Source: a virus (Duplodnaviria > Caudoviricetes). From it: DNA of 52,835 nt. Position 1 is the first letter of the stretch. Each line of letters opens with the position of its first letter. Below, piece after piece: positions 9,602 to 18,037 of the stretch. The notes below the pieces were generated by a model. That model saw only the letters and a list, made by a program, of their open reading frames with translations, was not told the DNA's origin and ran no database searches. A program made the translations under genes and the position numbers. The stretch is taken from positions 1 through 52,835 of the IMG/VR virus record IMGVR_UViG_3300022666_000286. One strand, written 5' to 3'.

Positions 9602-9901
9602 CTAAACTTTGGTTACGGCGGCCAGATCCGCGCTCAACCGGGCCGCCTCGCGGGCCATATCCCGCAGGCTGGTTTCCAGTTCGTGAATTTTAGCCTGGGA
9701 TTGCAGTTGAATTTCACTCAGCTTTACCTGCAAGGCAAAGTTTTCCTCATCCAGCCGGTTGATGCGTTCGTTCTGCCGCTCAAGCTGGGCCTTCAACGCC
9801 GCCACCGTTCGCCCGGAATTGCGGCTGGTGGTATGGCTGCCGCCCACCCAGGCAATTAAAAACAACACCCCGATTACCAACCCAAACATCAATTCGGTCA
9901 T
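9602..9901 (-). CDS. Single-TM coiled-coil protein (possible lysis accessory)
   Basis: N-terminal hydrophobic helix, then heptad-rich coil. Confidence 0.5.
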   Translation of the reverse strand: MTELMFGLVIGVLFLIAWVGGSHTTSRNSGRTVAALKAQLERQNERINRLDEENFALQVKLSEIQLQSQAKIHELETSLRDMAREAARLSADLAAVTKV

Positions 9902-9904
9902 AAA

Positions 9905-10282
9905 TCAACTCACCAGTTTTAACTGCGCTTCAACTCCCACCCAGGTTAAACGCGGCGGCCCCACCACTTCATAGACCTCCGGCTCCGCCAACGCCTCGCC
10001 GTGCAGGTGCGTCAGCCTGATCCGGTCGGCGGCGGCCAGCACCGTGTTAACCGGCAGATGCAGCCGGGCCTGCGCTGCCGGTACGTGGGATTGCGCCAGC
10101 GTTTCCTGCCGGCTCTCCGCCCGGAACAGACACGGCAGCGGGTCGCCCTCGATATACGCCGCCGCCGGCACGCCGTAGGCATTGGCGGGTTGTGGCGCGT
10201 GAGCCAATCTGACGCAGGTATCCTGTAACGCCGTCTGGTGGATCAGCCGCAGCCGGTTAATTGTGGCGTCAGAAATCAACAT
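9905..10282 (-). CDS. Head closure / stopper protein (SPP1 gp16-like)
   Basis: LQDTC, LPVNT...DRI, YEVVG motifs; position. Confidence 0.7.
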   Translation of the reverse strand: MLISDATINRLRLIHQTALQDTCVRLAHAPQPANAYGVPAAAYIEGDPLPCLFRAESRQETLAQSHVPAAQARLHLPVNTVLAAADRIRLTHLHGEALAEPEVYEVVGPPRLTWVGVEAQLKLVS

Positions 10283-10288
10283 CTTGCC

Positions 10289-10672
10289 TCAGAACACAAA
10301 CGCGGTCGGCACGTAGCCGGATTGCAGCTTGTTGCCGCCGCCGGGGGTGCCGAGGTAACTTTGATAGTTGTCCCAATGCTGCCGGGCCTGCTGCAAAAAA
10401 AACTCAATCCGCCCCTTTGAAACCGAACGCGAAACATCATCAACCGTTACTGTGTCCGGCTCGCTGGCCAGCCGCTCGGCAATGTGGCTGTAGGCCCGGT
10501 AATACACCCAGTCGGTTATGGCCGCCGCCTGAAACCCGGCCGCAACGCCGCTGAGTTTGCCGGCGGCCTGGGCCAGCCACACCGTAACGTTGGCCTCCAG
10601 ATCGCCATCGGGGAAAAATGCCGGTTGCAACTGCCCGGCCGGGGCCAGAAAATCGGTAACGCTCAGGCTCAT
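10289..10672 (-). CDS. Head-tail adaptor protein
   Basis: 127 aa helical, precedes closure gene. Confidence 0.6.
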   Translation of the reverse strand: MSLSVTDFLAPAGQLQPAFFPDGDLEANVTVWLAQAAGKLSGVAAGFQAAAITDWVYYRAYSHIAERLASEPDTVTVDDVSRSVSKGRIEFFLQQARQHWDNYQSYLGTPGGGNKLQSGYVPTAFVF

Positions 10673-10878
10673 TGCGGCGGCTCGTCTGGCCTGGCTTCTA
10701 TTTTGGCCCGTTCCTTGCCAAAATCGGCCAACCCCTGGCCAATGATGTAGGCTGCCAGCAGGCCCACCGCTTCGCTCACCGGCAACGCGCTGCTGCCGGG
10801 CACTACCTGCTCCAATAGCACCAGCGCCAGCCCCACCAGCGCCGCCTGAAACTTTTTGGATTTTAGAATCTCCATCAC
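10669..10878 (-). CDS. Putative holin-like small membrane protein
   Basis: LKSKKF + two TM helices + AYIIGQGLAD, charged tail. Confidence 0.55.
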   Translation of the reverse strand: MMEILKSKKFQAALVGLALVLLEQVVPGSSALPVSEAVGLLAAYIIGQGLADFGKERAKIEARPDEPPQ

Positions 10879-11186
10879 TCCACCTCGCCTATTGCCTGCA
10901 TAATCTGGCCGGCCAGTTTGGGGCCGATGCCCTTGATGGCCACCAGGGTGTCAAAATCCAGCTTGCGCGCCGCCGCTACCGTGCCGTAGCCGGCTTTGGC
11001 CAGGTACACCCGGCCCGGAAACTCTGCCGGTAACAGGTCGGCGTGCAAATTTTGCACAACTTCCGGCAGCCCCAACGATGGCAGCAGCCCGGCGGGAACA
11101 TCCACCCGCCCCGGCCCGTAATATCTGCGCTCGCCGGTGGCCGGGTCCAGGTAGCCGTAAGAGCCGGCCAGGTCAACCAGCGGCAT
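10875..11186 (-). CDS. Helix-hairpin-helix domain protein
   Basis: LVAIKGIGPKLA HhH motif. Confidence 0.7.
   Translation of the reverse strand: MPLVDLAGSYGYLDPATGERRYYGPGRVDVPAGLLPSLGLPEVVQNLHADLLPAEFPGRVYLAKAGYGTVAAARKLDFDTLVAIKGIGPKLAGQIMQAIGEVE
11043..11057. repeat. 15-bp near-palindrome GTGCAAAATTTGCAC (copy 1 of 4)
   Basis: Identical copies at 33894 and 50800, one mismatch at 50983. Confidence 0.6.
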
Positions 11187-11985
11187 CTGCCCCTGCCTTT
11201 ACTGCCGATCTTAGGCTGAACAGCCGCGCCAGCTTGCCCGGGTCAACCAGCACCGGCTTCCCGACCGCTTTTTCCTTAAAATGCACCGCCCAGGTGTCCC
11301 AATCCACAAACACCGTCTCCAAACCCTGCGCCCCAAACAGCAAACTCACATCGCGGGTAAAGGTCACGTCTTCGGTGCTGGCCTTGTGGGTTTCGTATTC
11401 GTCCGTCCACTCGTAGTAGAACCAGGGATGGGGCAGCCGGAGGGTTTGCCCACCCACCGGGTAGCCGCTGAAAATCCGCAGATCGATGGCAATCAGGCCG
11501 GTGGGCAGCGCCGCCACTGCTTCAATGCCGGACCGCTCCGCCGCTTCTTCCCGGCTGAACTGCGCCAGTTGATAATCCGGGTTGGGGTGATCCGATTCCA
11601 GGTTCTGCCAGCGGAAGATGTACACATTCTCGTGCGGCGGCGGGCCGCAGTAGGGCGCGGCAATCACCGTCGGGGCCTCGTGCCAGCGCCGGGCGATGAA
11701 ATCAAAGGCCCGGGGCCAGAATGCCGCCGCCGGGTTAATCAAATCCGGCCCCATATCGCTGTCCACCATCAGCAGAATATCCACGCCCTGGGCCAGCGCA
11801 TCCTGCACGCAGCGATTCCGGCTCATCGTCACCGGCGTATCATTCAGCCGCCAATGCACCAACTGCCCAATCCGTGGGTCGCTCATACACTGCACCACGG
11901 TGTTGATGACAAAATCCACTTCGCCCGGATGCTCGGCGTTGCCGCCCGGAAACCTGGCCAGCATTACGGTAAATTTTTGGTCCAT
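11173..11985 (-). CDS. GT-A fold glycosyltransferase-like protein
   Basis: SRNRCV...LLMVDSD (DxD), TGLIAID, PWF, TEDVTF motifs; start MDQKF after GGGAGA. Confidence 0.7.
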   Translation of the reverse strand: MDQKFTVMLARFPGGNAEHPGEVDFVINTVVQCMSDPRIGQLVHWRLNDTPVTMSRNRCVQDALAQGVDILLMVDSDMGPDLINPAAAFWPRAFDFIARRWHEAPTVIAAPYCGPPPHENVYIFRWQNLESDHPNPDYQLAQFSREEAAERSGIEAVAALPTGLIAIDLRIFSGYPVGGQTLRLPHPWFYYEWTDEYETHKASTEDVTFTRDVSLLFGAQGLETVFVDWDTWAVHFKEKAVGKPVLVDPGKLARLFSLRSAVKAGADAAG

Positions 11986-12008
11986 CCCATCTCCCTGAGA
12001 TAATAAGA

Positions 12009-12043
12009 CCAGGACAGACGGCGACATTTGCCGTCTGCCCTGG
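12009..12043 (-). terminator. Hairpin / terminator after major capsid gene
   Basis: CCAGGGCAGACGGC-loop-GCCGTCTGTCCTGG followed by TCTTATT. Confidence 0.6.
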
Positions 12044-12047
12044 TGGG

Positions 12048-13160
12048 TTAGCTGCTCATCCCGGTGGTGGCCACCACAATCCGCTCCGGCGCTTCGATCA
12101 CCGGCAGGCCGTTGCTCACGCCGCGCCCTTCCAACGCCCACGGCTCCTGCTCCGGCGTGTACACATCCGCCCAGCGACCGGGCTTCCCGCCGCCCTCGAC
12201 CGTTGGCCCCAAATGGGTGTAGCCCAACCCGTATTCCACCTTCTGGGTTGAGCCTTCGCCCACAATGTAGCGCGGGCGGGTATCGCTGCCGATGAACAGC
12301 ACTTTGCCCCGGGGCATAAACGGCACGGTGACGGTTTGGCCGGGGTTGGCCAAATCCATAATCTCGCCTTCCAGCCCATAGGGGATGAGCGACAGCCGGT
12401 ACAGGTCGTTCTGGTCCAGGTTGGGGTTGGTGTCGCTGCCGCCGGCGCGCCGGACAATGGTGATTACCCCGTTGTTGTCGGTGACTTGCCCGATGGCGTT
12501 GACGCTGTTGTACAGGATGTCGTCAATGGTGTCGGGGTGGGCTACCACCGCCCGGATTTCCCGCTTCAGGGCTTTGCGGGCCAGCTTCACATCTTCCCAC
12601 CACTTGGAGGTGGTGCCGCTGTAGATGTCGTTCCCGGTTCTGGCGGTGAGCAGGTTGGCCGCCGGGATACCGTAGCTCACCACCAGCGCCTTTTTGTTAA
12701 AAGTCCAGTTGATGGCCCCGGCCACCAGCGCCTGCCCGCGCAGCCATTCAAACGTGTCCAGGTGGGCCTGCACAATCAGCTTGTCCACAAAGTTCAGCGC
12801 CTCGTTTTGCAGCGTGGCCAGCGTGGGCTGCTGGTTGAGCAGCATGTGCATCATCATATTTTGCAGTTGCCGCAGCGCCGCTTCCGGCAGCCGCACCCGG
12901 TTGGCAATCTTGGCCGTTTCTTCGGTAAAGGTGCTCACCTCAACCAGCCCGCCTTCGGCATACGGCGAGTCCATCGCCGCCAGCCCGGCCATAGTGGTGC
13001 GCACGGTCATACTGCCGCTTTTGGCCTGGTAATCGTAGCTGTTGCGCTCCGGCAGCAGCGTGGCAAACAGGTAATTGGCCGGGGGCCGGGCCGCGTTGGC
13101 CACCTGAAACGCCGCCCCCTGGGGCAGCGCCGCTAACGCCTGAGAAAAGTTAAAGTTCAT
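12048..13160 (-). CDS. Major capsid protein (lambda gpE-like, HK97 fold)
   Basis: 370 aa from MNFNF with GGAGG RBS; EWLRGQAL..G, YGIPA, C-terminal LPVI; follows scaffold and decoration genes. Confidence 0.85.
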   Translation of the reverse strand: MNFNFSQALAALPQGAAFQVANAARPPANYLFATLLPERNSYDYQAKSGSMTVRTTMAGLAAMDSPYAEGGLVEVSTFTEETAKIANRVRLPEAALRQLQNMMMHMLLNQQPTLATLQNEALNFVDKLIVQAHLDTFEWLRGQALVAGAINWTFNKKALVVSYGIPAANLLTARTGNDIYSGTTSKWWEDVKLARKALKREIRAVVAHPDTIDDILYNSVNAIGQVTDNNGVITIVRRAGGSDTNPNLDQNDLYRLSLIPYGLEGEIMDLANPGQTVTVPFMPRGKVLFIGSDTRPRYIVGEGSTQKVEYGLGYTHLGPTVEGGGKPGRWADVYTPEQEPWALEGRGVSNGLPVIEAPERIVVATTGMSS

Positions 13161-13170
13161 CTTGGGCCTC

Positions 13171-13830
13171 CTAGCTCCGGGTGTCCGCGTATTGCTCAAA
13201 CGCAAAGCCGGTTGATTTGGGGGTGGTGGCGTTGCTCAGTTCGGTCTTGTAAGCATCCGGCAGCGCCCCGGTGGTGCCGCCGGTGGCATCCGGCAGCAGG
13301 TTTTCGTACAGCGCCCCGCCGATGATCAGCCCGTAGCCGGTTTTGGCCGCGCTCACATCGCCCTCGATGGCGTTGGCTTCCAGAAAGCCCGCGCACGCCT
13401 CCGAGCCGGGCCGGTCGCTGCGGGGGGCAATCTTGCCGTTGGCCAGTTCCACCATCGCCTTGCCGGCGGGCAGGGTTTTGGCGGCGGTGCCGGCCACTAT
13501 GGCCGTGTTGCCGCTGGCTAAATTCTGCGGAATGGCCTGCACGCTCAACTGGGTGGCCCCGGTAGTGGCCGCCGCCGTGAGCAGGGCATATTTGGCCGTG
13601 CTGCCAAAATACAGCGCCGCCCCGGTGGGGATGTTTACCGGCAGCGCCAGCACCGGAATCTGCGTGGCCCCGGTGGTGGCTCCGGCGGTGGCCACCGTCA
13701 CCGAGGCCGTGCCCTGCCGGAACGTGTCCGGCACCACGCTCCAATCTACCTGCCGCCCGGAATTGTGGTTGACGCTGCGCGGATCAACCACAAACGGCGG
13801 GCGGGTCACAAACATTCGTTGTCGTCCCAT
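13171..13830 (-). CDS. Head decoration protein with inserted Ala/Thr-rich domain
   Basis: Between scaffold and MCP; KTLPAGK, G.LYENLLP motifs. Confidence 0.65.
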   Translation of the reverse strand: MGRQRMFVTRPPFVVDPRSVNHNSGRQVDWSVVPDTFRQGTASVTVATAGATTGATQIPVLALPVNIPTGAALYFGSTAKYALLTAAATTGATQLSVQAIPQNLASGNTAIVAGTAAKTLPAGKAMVELANGKIAPRSDRPGSEACAGFLEANAIEGDVSAAKTGYGLIIGGALYENLLPDATGGTTGALPDAYKTELSNATTPKSTGFAFEQYADTRS

Positions 13831-13862
13831 AAGATTTTCTCCTTACCGTAGACCTTGCCGGC

Positions 13863-14549
13863 CTACTTCTTTACCAATGGATTCGTTTGGCTGTCACGGG
13901 CTTCCTGCGCCTTTTTGATGAAGTCACTGACCACATCTCCCCTGAGAGACTGGCCGCCCGTACCCTGCGGAATAAACCGGGTGCCCGGCGGGCCGGCTTC
14001 CAGCCGCAGCGCCGGCAGAAAATCGGCAAAATTCCGGCTCACGTATTCATCCAGGTTAAGCGCCTGGCCATCACTGCCGGTCACAAACGCCGCCGGCTTT
14101 TTCTGCCCATCCTTTTCCACTTCGCGCATTTCAACCTGCGCCTCTTTTACCAGCGCCTTCAGCACGCTCGCCTTGTAGCCGTGCGCCGTGGCTGCCGTTT
14201 CCAGCAGGCTCTCCCGCTTCAGCGCGGCCAGTTCGGTTTGGGCCGTTTGCAGTTCGCCCTGAAACCTCTTCAGGTCGTCCGGCGCGCCGAGCGCCTGGTA
14301 CGCCGCCAGCAGTTTGGCCTCAGCCGCGCCCAGGATGACCGCGCCCTCTGCCGGCACTTTCCCCTCAAGCTGCTTTACCTGTTCCTTTAACCCGCGATTT
14401 TTGTCGCGCAGTTGGTAGTTGTCATTGAACAGGTGGTTGATTACCGCCGTCAGGTCATTGTTGTGGCGCTGGATGAGCGCCTGCACCCCGGCCTCCGGGC
14501 CGGGCGGCGGGGTAGCCGGTGGGGTTGGGGTATTGTTGTCATCACTCAT
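13863..14549 (-). CDS. Capsid scaffolding protein
   Basis: Pro-rich N-terminus, coiled coils, position before decoration/MCP. Confidence 0.7.
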   Translation of the reverse strand: MSDDNNTPTPPATPPPGPEAGVQALIQRHNNDLTAVINHLFNDNYQLRDKNRGLKEQVKQLEGKVPAEGAVILGAAEAKLLAAYQALGAPDDLKRFQGELQTAQTELAALKRESLLETAATAHGYKASVLKALVKEAQVEMREVEKDGQKKPAAFVTGSDGQALNLDEYVSRNFADFLPALRLEAGPPGTRFIPQGTGGQSLRGDVVSDFIKKAQEARDSQTNPLVKK

Positions 14550-14566
14550 CGTTTGCTCCTTGAGCT

Positions 14567-14604
14567 AAAATAAAAAGCCACGCTGTCAAATTGACAGCGT
14601 GGCT
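14567..14604 (-). terminator. Intrinsic terminator / attenuator just upstream of scaffold gene
   Basis: Perfect 14-bp inverted repeat AGCCACGCTGTCAA/TTGACAGCGTGGCT, then TTTTATTTT on minus strand. Confidence 0.7.
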
Positions 14605-14679
14605 GATCCAGGCAGGCTACAAAAATTATTAGCCGTGGGGGCCAACGCCCGCAGGGCTGCTCGATGCGTTTGTACTCAC

Positions 14680-14799
14680 TTACCGCAAAATGCGTTTGCT
14701 CTCCGGGGCTTTGTGGCCCGTTACCAGTTTGAACAGCGCCGCGCAAAAGGCGATGGCCGCCCGCACCAGTTCTTCATACGCCTGAAGCTGATGTTCCAT
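14680..14799 (-). CDS. 39-aa putative leaderless peptide
   Basis: MEHQLQAYEELVRAAIAFCAALFKLVTGHKAPESKRILR; ATG 7 nt after the -10 box. Confidence 0.45.
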   Translation of the reverse strand: MEHQLQAYEELVRAAIAFCAALFKLVTGHKAPESKRILR

Positions 14800-14805
14800 A
14801 CCTAT

Positions 14806-14834
14806 ATTTTAGCAAATTTGTTCTGCAAGTGCAA
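14806..14834 (-). promoter_or_regulatory. Head-operon promoter with LexA-like box
   Basis: TTGCAC-N17-TAAAAT with extended TG; AGAACAAATTTGCT in spacer. Confidence 0.6.
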
Positions 14835-14892
14835 TAGTTTGATGATGTTGAGATAGAGATAGGTTGCGTTGACAGTGCCACCTAGACACAAC

Positions 14893-15159
14893 CTATGTTA
14901 TTTCTAATGATAATGGCAGAGTACCAAGTTCATTGATGCTACAAATAGCAGATCGTATTATTTTAACGCTGTCTGCCACTTGGTTGGCCCCAATAGATTG
15001 TAGCAGCACAACAAACGTATCGCACTCGTAAGCCAAAATACCAACTGAATCGGATTTTGGTATGTCATCTTTAATAAAGTCCGAAAATTCTTCTTGACTT
15101 AACCAACCATTTCGGGCAAAACAAGGATCTACCCAGACAACATGTACTACTTTTAACAT
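14893..15159 (-). CDS. Low-GC hypothetical protein (moron-like)
   Basis: 88 aa; VVWVD...SVG motif common in small phage proteins; AT-rich relative to flanks. Confidence 0.6.
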   Translation of the reverse strand: MLKVVHVVWVDPCFARNGWLSQEEFSDFIKDDIPKSDSVGILAYECDTFVVLLQSIGANQVADSVKIIRSAICSINELGTLPLSLEIT

Positions 15160-15207
15160 AGGAGGTTTTACGGCAAAAATAAGTGTTTCTTTTTTTCTGT
15201 TATTTTC

Positions 15208-16233
15208 CTACCCGGCAATCTGCCGCAACTCACTCACCGGGCGCACCTGCGCCGATGGCCCCCAGGTTTCGTTCTCTACAATTTTCACCAGCCGGCGGAA
15301 CGGCACCGCCCCCCGCCGCCACAACTCATACCGCTCCGGCCCCATCCAGTCCCGCTGCACTGCCGGCTCAAGCGTTTTGAAATAGGCTTCACCCTGCGTT
15401 AACGGAATTTCGGCCAGCCCCCGAAGCAGCGGCAGCATCGCGCACCTGTCCTGCGGGTGTAGCGCCATCAACTCGCCGGTGTCGTAAATCGTTCCATCCA
15501 GGGCGATGCAGGCCAAACAGGTGCGGCCCGGCTGTTTGGCGGCCAGGCGGCGATACCCGTACACCACCCGGCTGTGTTGATATTGCTGCCGGGTGGCTTC
15601 CCGGTAGGCCCGCAAATGCTGATCCCGGCTGACCAATAAAATGTGGTTTAGCCCCTGGGCCAGCCCCTCCCGCATAATGCGCCGCGTTACCTCGCGGGGG
15701 TTAATCCCCAGCGCCACTCCCTCAATTAGCTTTTGGGTGATGCCGCTGGCCGAGAGCGGATATGCGGCCTCAAGCAGCCGGTTAAGCGGCTGGCCGGCCC
15801 GCGCCAGCGCCGCAATATTCTCCGTGGCCTCAATCCCCAGGCGGGTAAAGCTCAGGGCCACCGCCGGGTTTTGCCCAAAATATTCCAACGACGCCCCCAT
15901 CAGCTCAACCGCGTGAGCCAACCCCTGCCCGGCGGCTGTTTGCTGGCCCCGGTCAATCTGCTCTGCCGCCCAACGCCCGTACCGGCTGATCTGGGCCTGC
16001 GTTTGCGCCAGCAACCGGTGATACCGTTCCAGCCGGAACAACCGGGCCTCGCTGACCGGCTCGCCGGCCTGCCGCTGCGCCGCCAATTGTTCCGCCAGCC
16101 CGGCAATCTCCGCCTCCAGCGCGGCTTCCACCGGCAGCCACCGCCGCGCCATCTCCCTTGCCGCCGCCTGCTCTCCCGCAATCAATTGCTGCCTAAACTC
16201 CCCGGCCAGCGTTACCACTTTCGGTTCAGCCAT
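15208..16233 (-). CDS. Minor head protein (MuF / SPP1 gp7-like)
   Basis: RTCLACIALDG...HPQDRC motif; follows portal. Confidence 0.85.
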   Translation of the reverse strand: MAEPKVVTLAGEFRQQLIAGEQAAAREMARRWLPVEAALEAEIAGLAEQLAAQRQAGEPVSEARLFRLERYHRLLAQTQAQISRYGRWAAEQIDRGQQTAAGQGLAHAVELMGASLEYFGQNPAVALSFTRLGIEATENIAALARAGQPLNRLLEAAYPLSASGITQKLIEGVALGINPREVTRRIMREGLAQGLNHILLVSRDQHLRAYREATRQQYQHSRVVYGYRRLAAKQPGRTCLACIALDGTIYDTGELMALHPQDRCAMLPLLRGLAEIPLTQGEAYFKTLEPAVQRDWMGPERYELWRRGAVPFRRLVKIVENETWGPSAQVRPVSELRQIAG

Positions 16234-16256
16234 TGGTTAGCTTCCATTATAAAACA

Positions 16257-16282
16257 GGCCACCCAAGCGATCTTGTTGGCCC
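16257..16282. repeat. dif/lox-like site 2 (GGCCACCCAA-GCGATC-TTGTTGGCCC)
   Basis: Family member; between portal and MuF, next to a minus-strand TATAAT at 16246-16251. Confidence 0.7.
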
Positions 16283-16304
16283 TGATTTTTGACACCATTT
16301 TTAT

Positions 16305-17897
16305 CTACGCTGCCGGGTGCGGCTGTTCCAGCCCGGCGCTGGCCGCCCCGCTGTCCACCTGCCGGCTGGCAGTCAACACCGCCGAGGCCAGCGTTGTTTG
16401 CTGTTGCTCCGCCTCGGCCTGCTGCTCACCGGCCACCCGCGCCGCCTCGGCGTCCGTATCCTCCACCCCCAGCAGCCCGCGCCCGGTTTCTTTGCTGTAC
16501 AGGTTTTTGTCCACCAACTCCCCAATTAACCGCTGCTCGTCCGCCGTGAGCGGCCCCACCTCCAGGTGACAATTGGCCTGCACCCGCAGCCCGGCATATC
16601 GCCCCGGCTGCCCGCTGAACACCGCCGCCAGCGCCAGCGCCGTTTCCAGCAGCCAGCGCAGCGCCGCCTCTACTTGTGGCTTGGTCAAGAGCAGGCTTTG
16701 CTTAAAATCGGCCAGCGCCTGCTTGCGGCTTTCGCCGCTTAACCCGGCATCGCCGCTTAAAACGGCGTGTAACTGCTGCGCCTCGCTCAGCATTGCGCTG
16801 TAAATGGCCGTCTCGGTGGCGTTGAACACTTCCACCGGGGCCGGTTCCCGGTACACCACGCTGGGGGTGGCCAATTGCTGGCTGCCATCCGCCATTGGCG
16901 TAACCAGCCCGGAAAAAAAGTTCCGCGCCCCCGGCCCCAGGTAAACCCGATCCGGGATAAAGCGCAGTTGGCCCGTGGTAGGGTCCGGCTTTTCTTCACC
17001 CGGTAATTGGGTGTTAAAGTAGGTGGCTTCTAAAAACCCGGCGGTCACAATATTGCGCTGCCGCATGGTCAGCGCCAGGTTGAGGCTTTTTTGCAACTGC
17101 CGCAATTGCTCGCCAATCAACAACGCCCGGTGCATTTCGTACATTGTCAACTGGCCACTCAACGGCAAGCGAACCGGGGCAAACGGCGGCGGCTCATCAC
17201 CGGCTACCGCCAGCCGGATTACGGTTTCTGTGGTATCGGTATAGCACAGTTCGGCCCGCTGTTCCGGCCCGGCCCGGTACAGGTAAACGCCCAACGGTCG
17301 CAGGGTGGTTCCATCTACGTAAATGGTGGCCTGCGCCAAATCGGGCTGGTGCACAAAAAGCCGTTGTAACGAGGCTGCCGGCGTGCCGCGCGGCACCTGC
17401 CCCCGCTCATTCAAATCGCCGGGCGGGATAAACAACCGCAGCGGCGACCGCCCTCCTAACAACAACGTTGCCACCGCTTGCTGGATAACCTTGTGCACGC
17501 CCACCAGCTTCCCATCCGCCACCCCCTGCGCGCCGTCCCACCAGCTCACCAGCAGCGCCTCCGCCTCGCCGATCAACCGCTGCTCCTCCGCGCCGGGCTG
17601 CTCGCCCGGCCCCAAAGGCCGCCGCAGCGTTAGCGACCAGGCCGGTTCCCGGCCTACCACCCCGGCCACGTGGCGGGCCACAAGCTCGGCTATCACGTTT
17701 CGGGAAACCATTTCCCGCTTGATCTCCGCCACAATTTCCGTATAGAGTTTGTGGGTTGAGGACAGGATTGGCCCCACCCAGGCCCGGCCATCCTGCCAAT
17801 GGTCGCCCCGGTAAAAGGCCAGGTTTGCCTTTAGGCTCTCATCCGGCGGCGGCAGTAATTCGGCGGCTTCCTTCAACGTTAACGCGGCAAAATCCAT
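16305..17897 (-). CDS. Portal protein (SPP1 gp6-like)
   Basis: FYRGDH, SRNVIAELV, LSGESRK, YSKET...LGVED motifs; 530 aa. Confidence 0.88.
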   Translation of the reverse strand: MDFAALTLKEAAELLPPPDESLKANLAFYRGDHWQDGRAWVGPILSSTHKLYTEIVAEIKREMVSRNVIAELVARHVAGVVGREPAWSLTLRRPLGPGEQPGAEEQRLIGEAEALLVSWWDGAQGVADGKLVGVHKVIQQAVATLLLGGRSPLRLFIPPGDLNERGQVPRGTPAASLQRLFVHQPDLAQATIYVDGTTLRPLGVYLYRAGPEQRAELCYTDTTETVIRLAVAGDEPPPFAPVRLPLSGQLTMYEMHRALLIGEQLRQLQKSLNLALTMRQRNIVTAGFLEATYFNTQLPGEEKPDPTTGQLRFIPDRVYLGPGARNFFSGLVTPMADGSQQLATPSVVYREPAPVEVFNATETAIYSAMLSEAQQLHAVLSGDAGLSGESRKQALADFKQSLLLTKPQVEAALRWLLETALALAAVFSGQPGRYAGLRVQANCHLEVGPLTADEQRLIGELVDKNLYSKETGRGLLGVEDTDAEAARVAGEQQAEAEQQQTTLASAVLTASRQVDSGAASAGLEQPHPAA

Positions 17898-17933
17898 CGC
17901 ACCCCTCCTGTAAGAACGGTTTTACATAAACCC

Positions 17934-17962
17934 AGTATATCAGAAAATATGTTCTGTAACAA
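17934..17962 (-). promoter_or_regulatory. Portal promoter with LexA-like box
   Basis: TTGTTA-N17-TATACT with extended TG; AGAACATATTTTCT in spacer (1 mismatch to AGAAC-N4-GTTCT). Confidence 0.65.
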
Positions 17963-17979
17963 CGGGATTATGACAAATA

Positions 17980-18010
17980 AAAAGAGGAGACGAAATCCGT
18001 CCCCTCTTTT
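17980..18010 (-). terminator. Intrinsic terminator ending the defence operon
   Basis: AAAAGAGGAGACG-AAATC-CGTCCCCTCTTTT hairpin with A/T tails on both sides. Confidence 0.75.
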
Positions 18011-18037
18011 ACCAATCAGATTAGTGGCTGCCAGCAA

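Noticed and set aside
14860-14896. Hairpin after low-GC moron as integron attC
   Set aside because: Lacks paired RYYYAAC/GTTRRRY ends; more likely an ordinary stem-loop
17918-17947. TTATGTAAAAC (minus) resembling a host XerD arm
   Set aside because: No convincing XerC arm at 6-bp spacing; overlaps the portal -10 box
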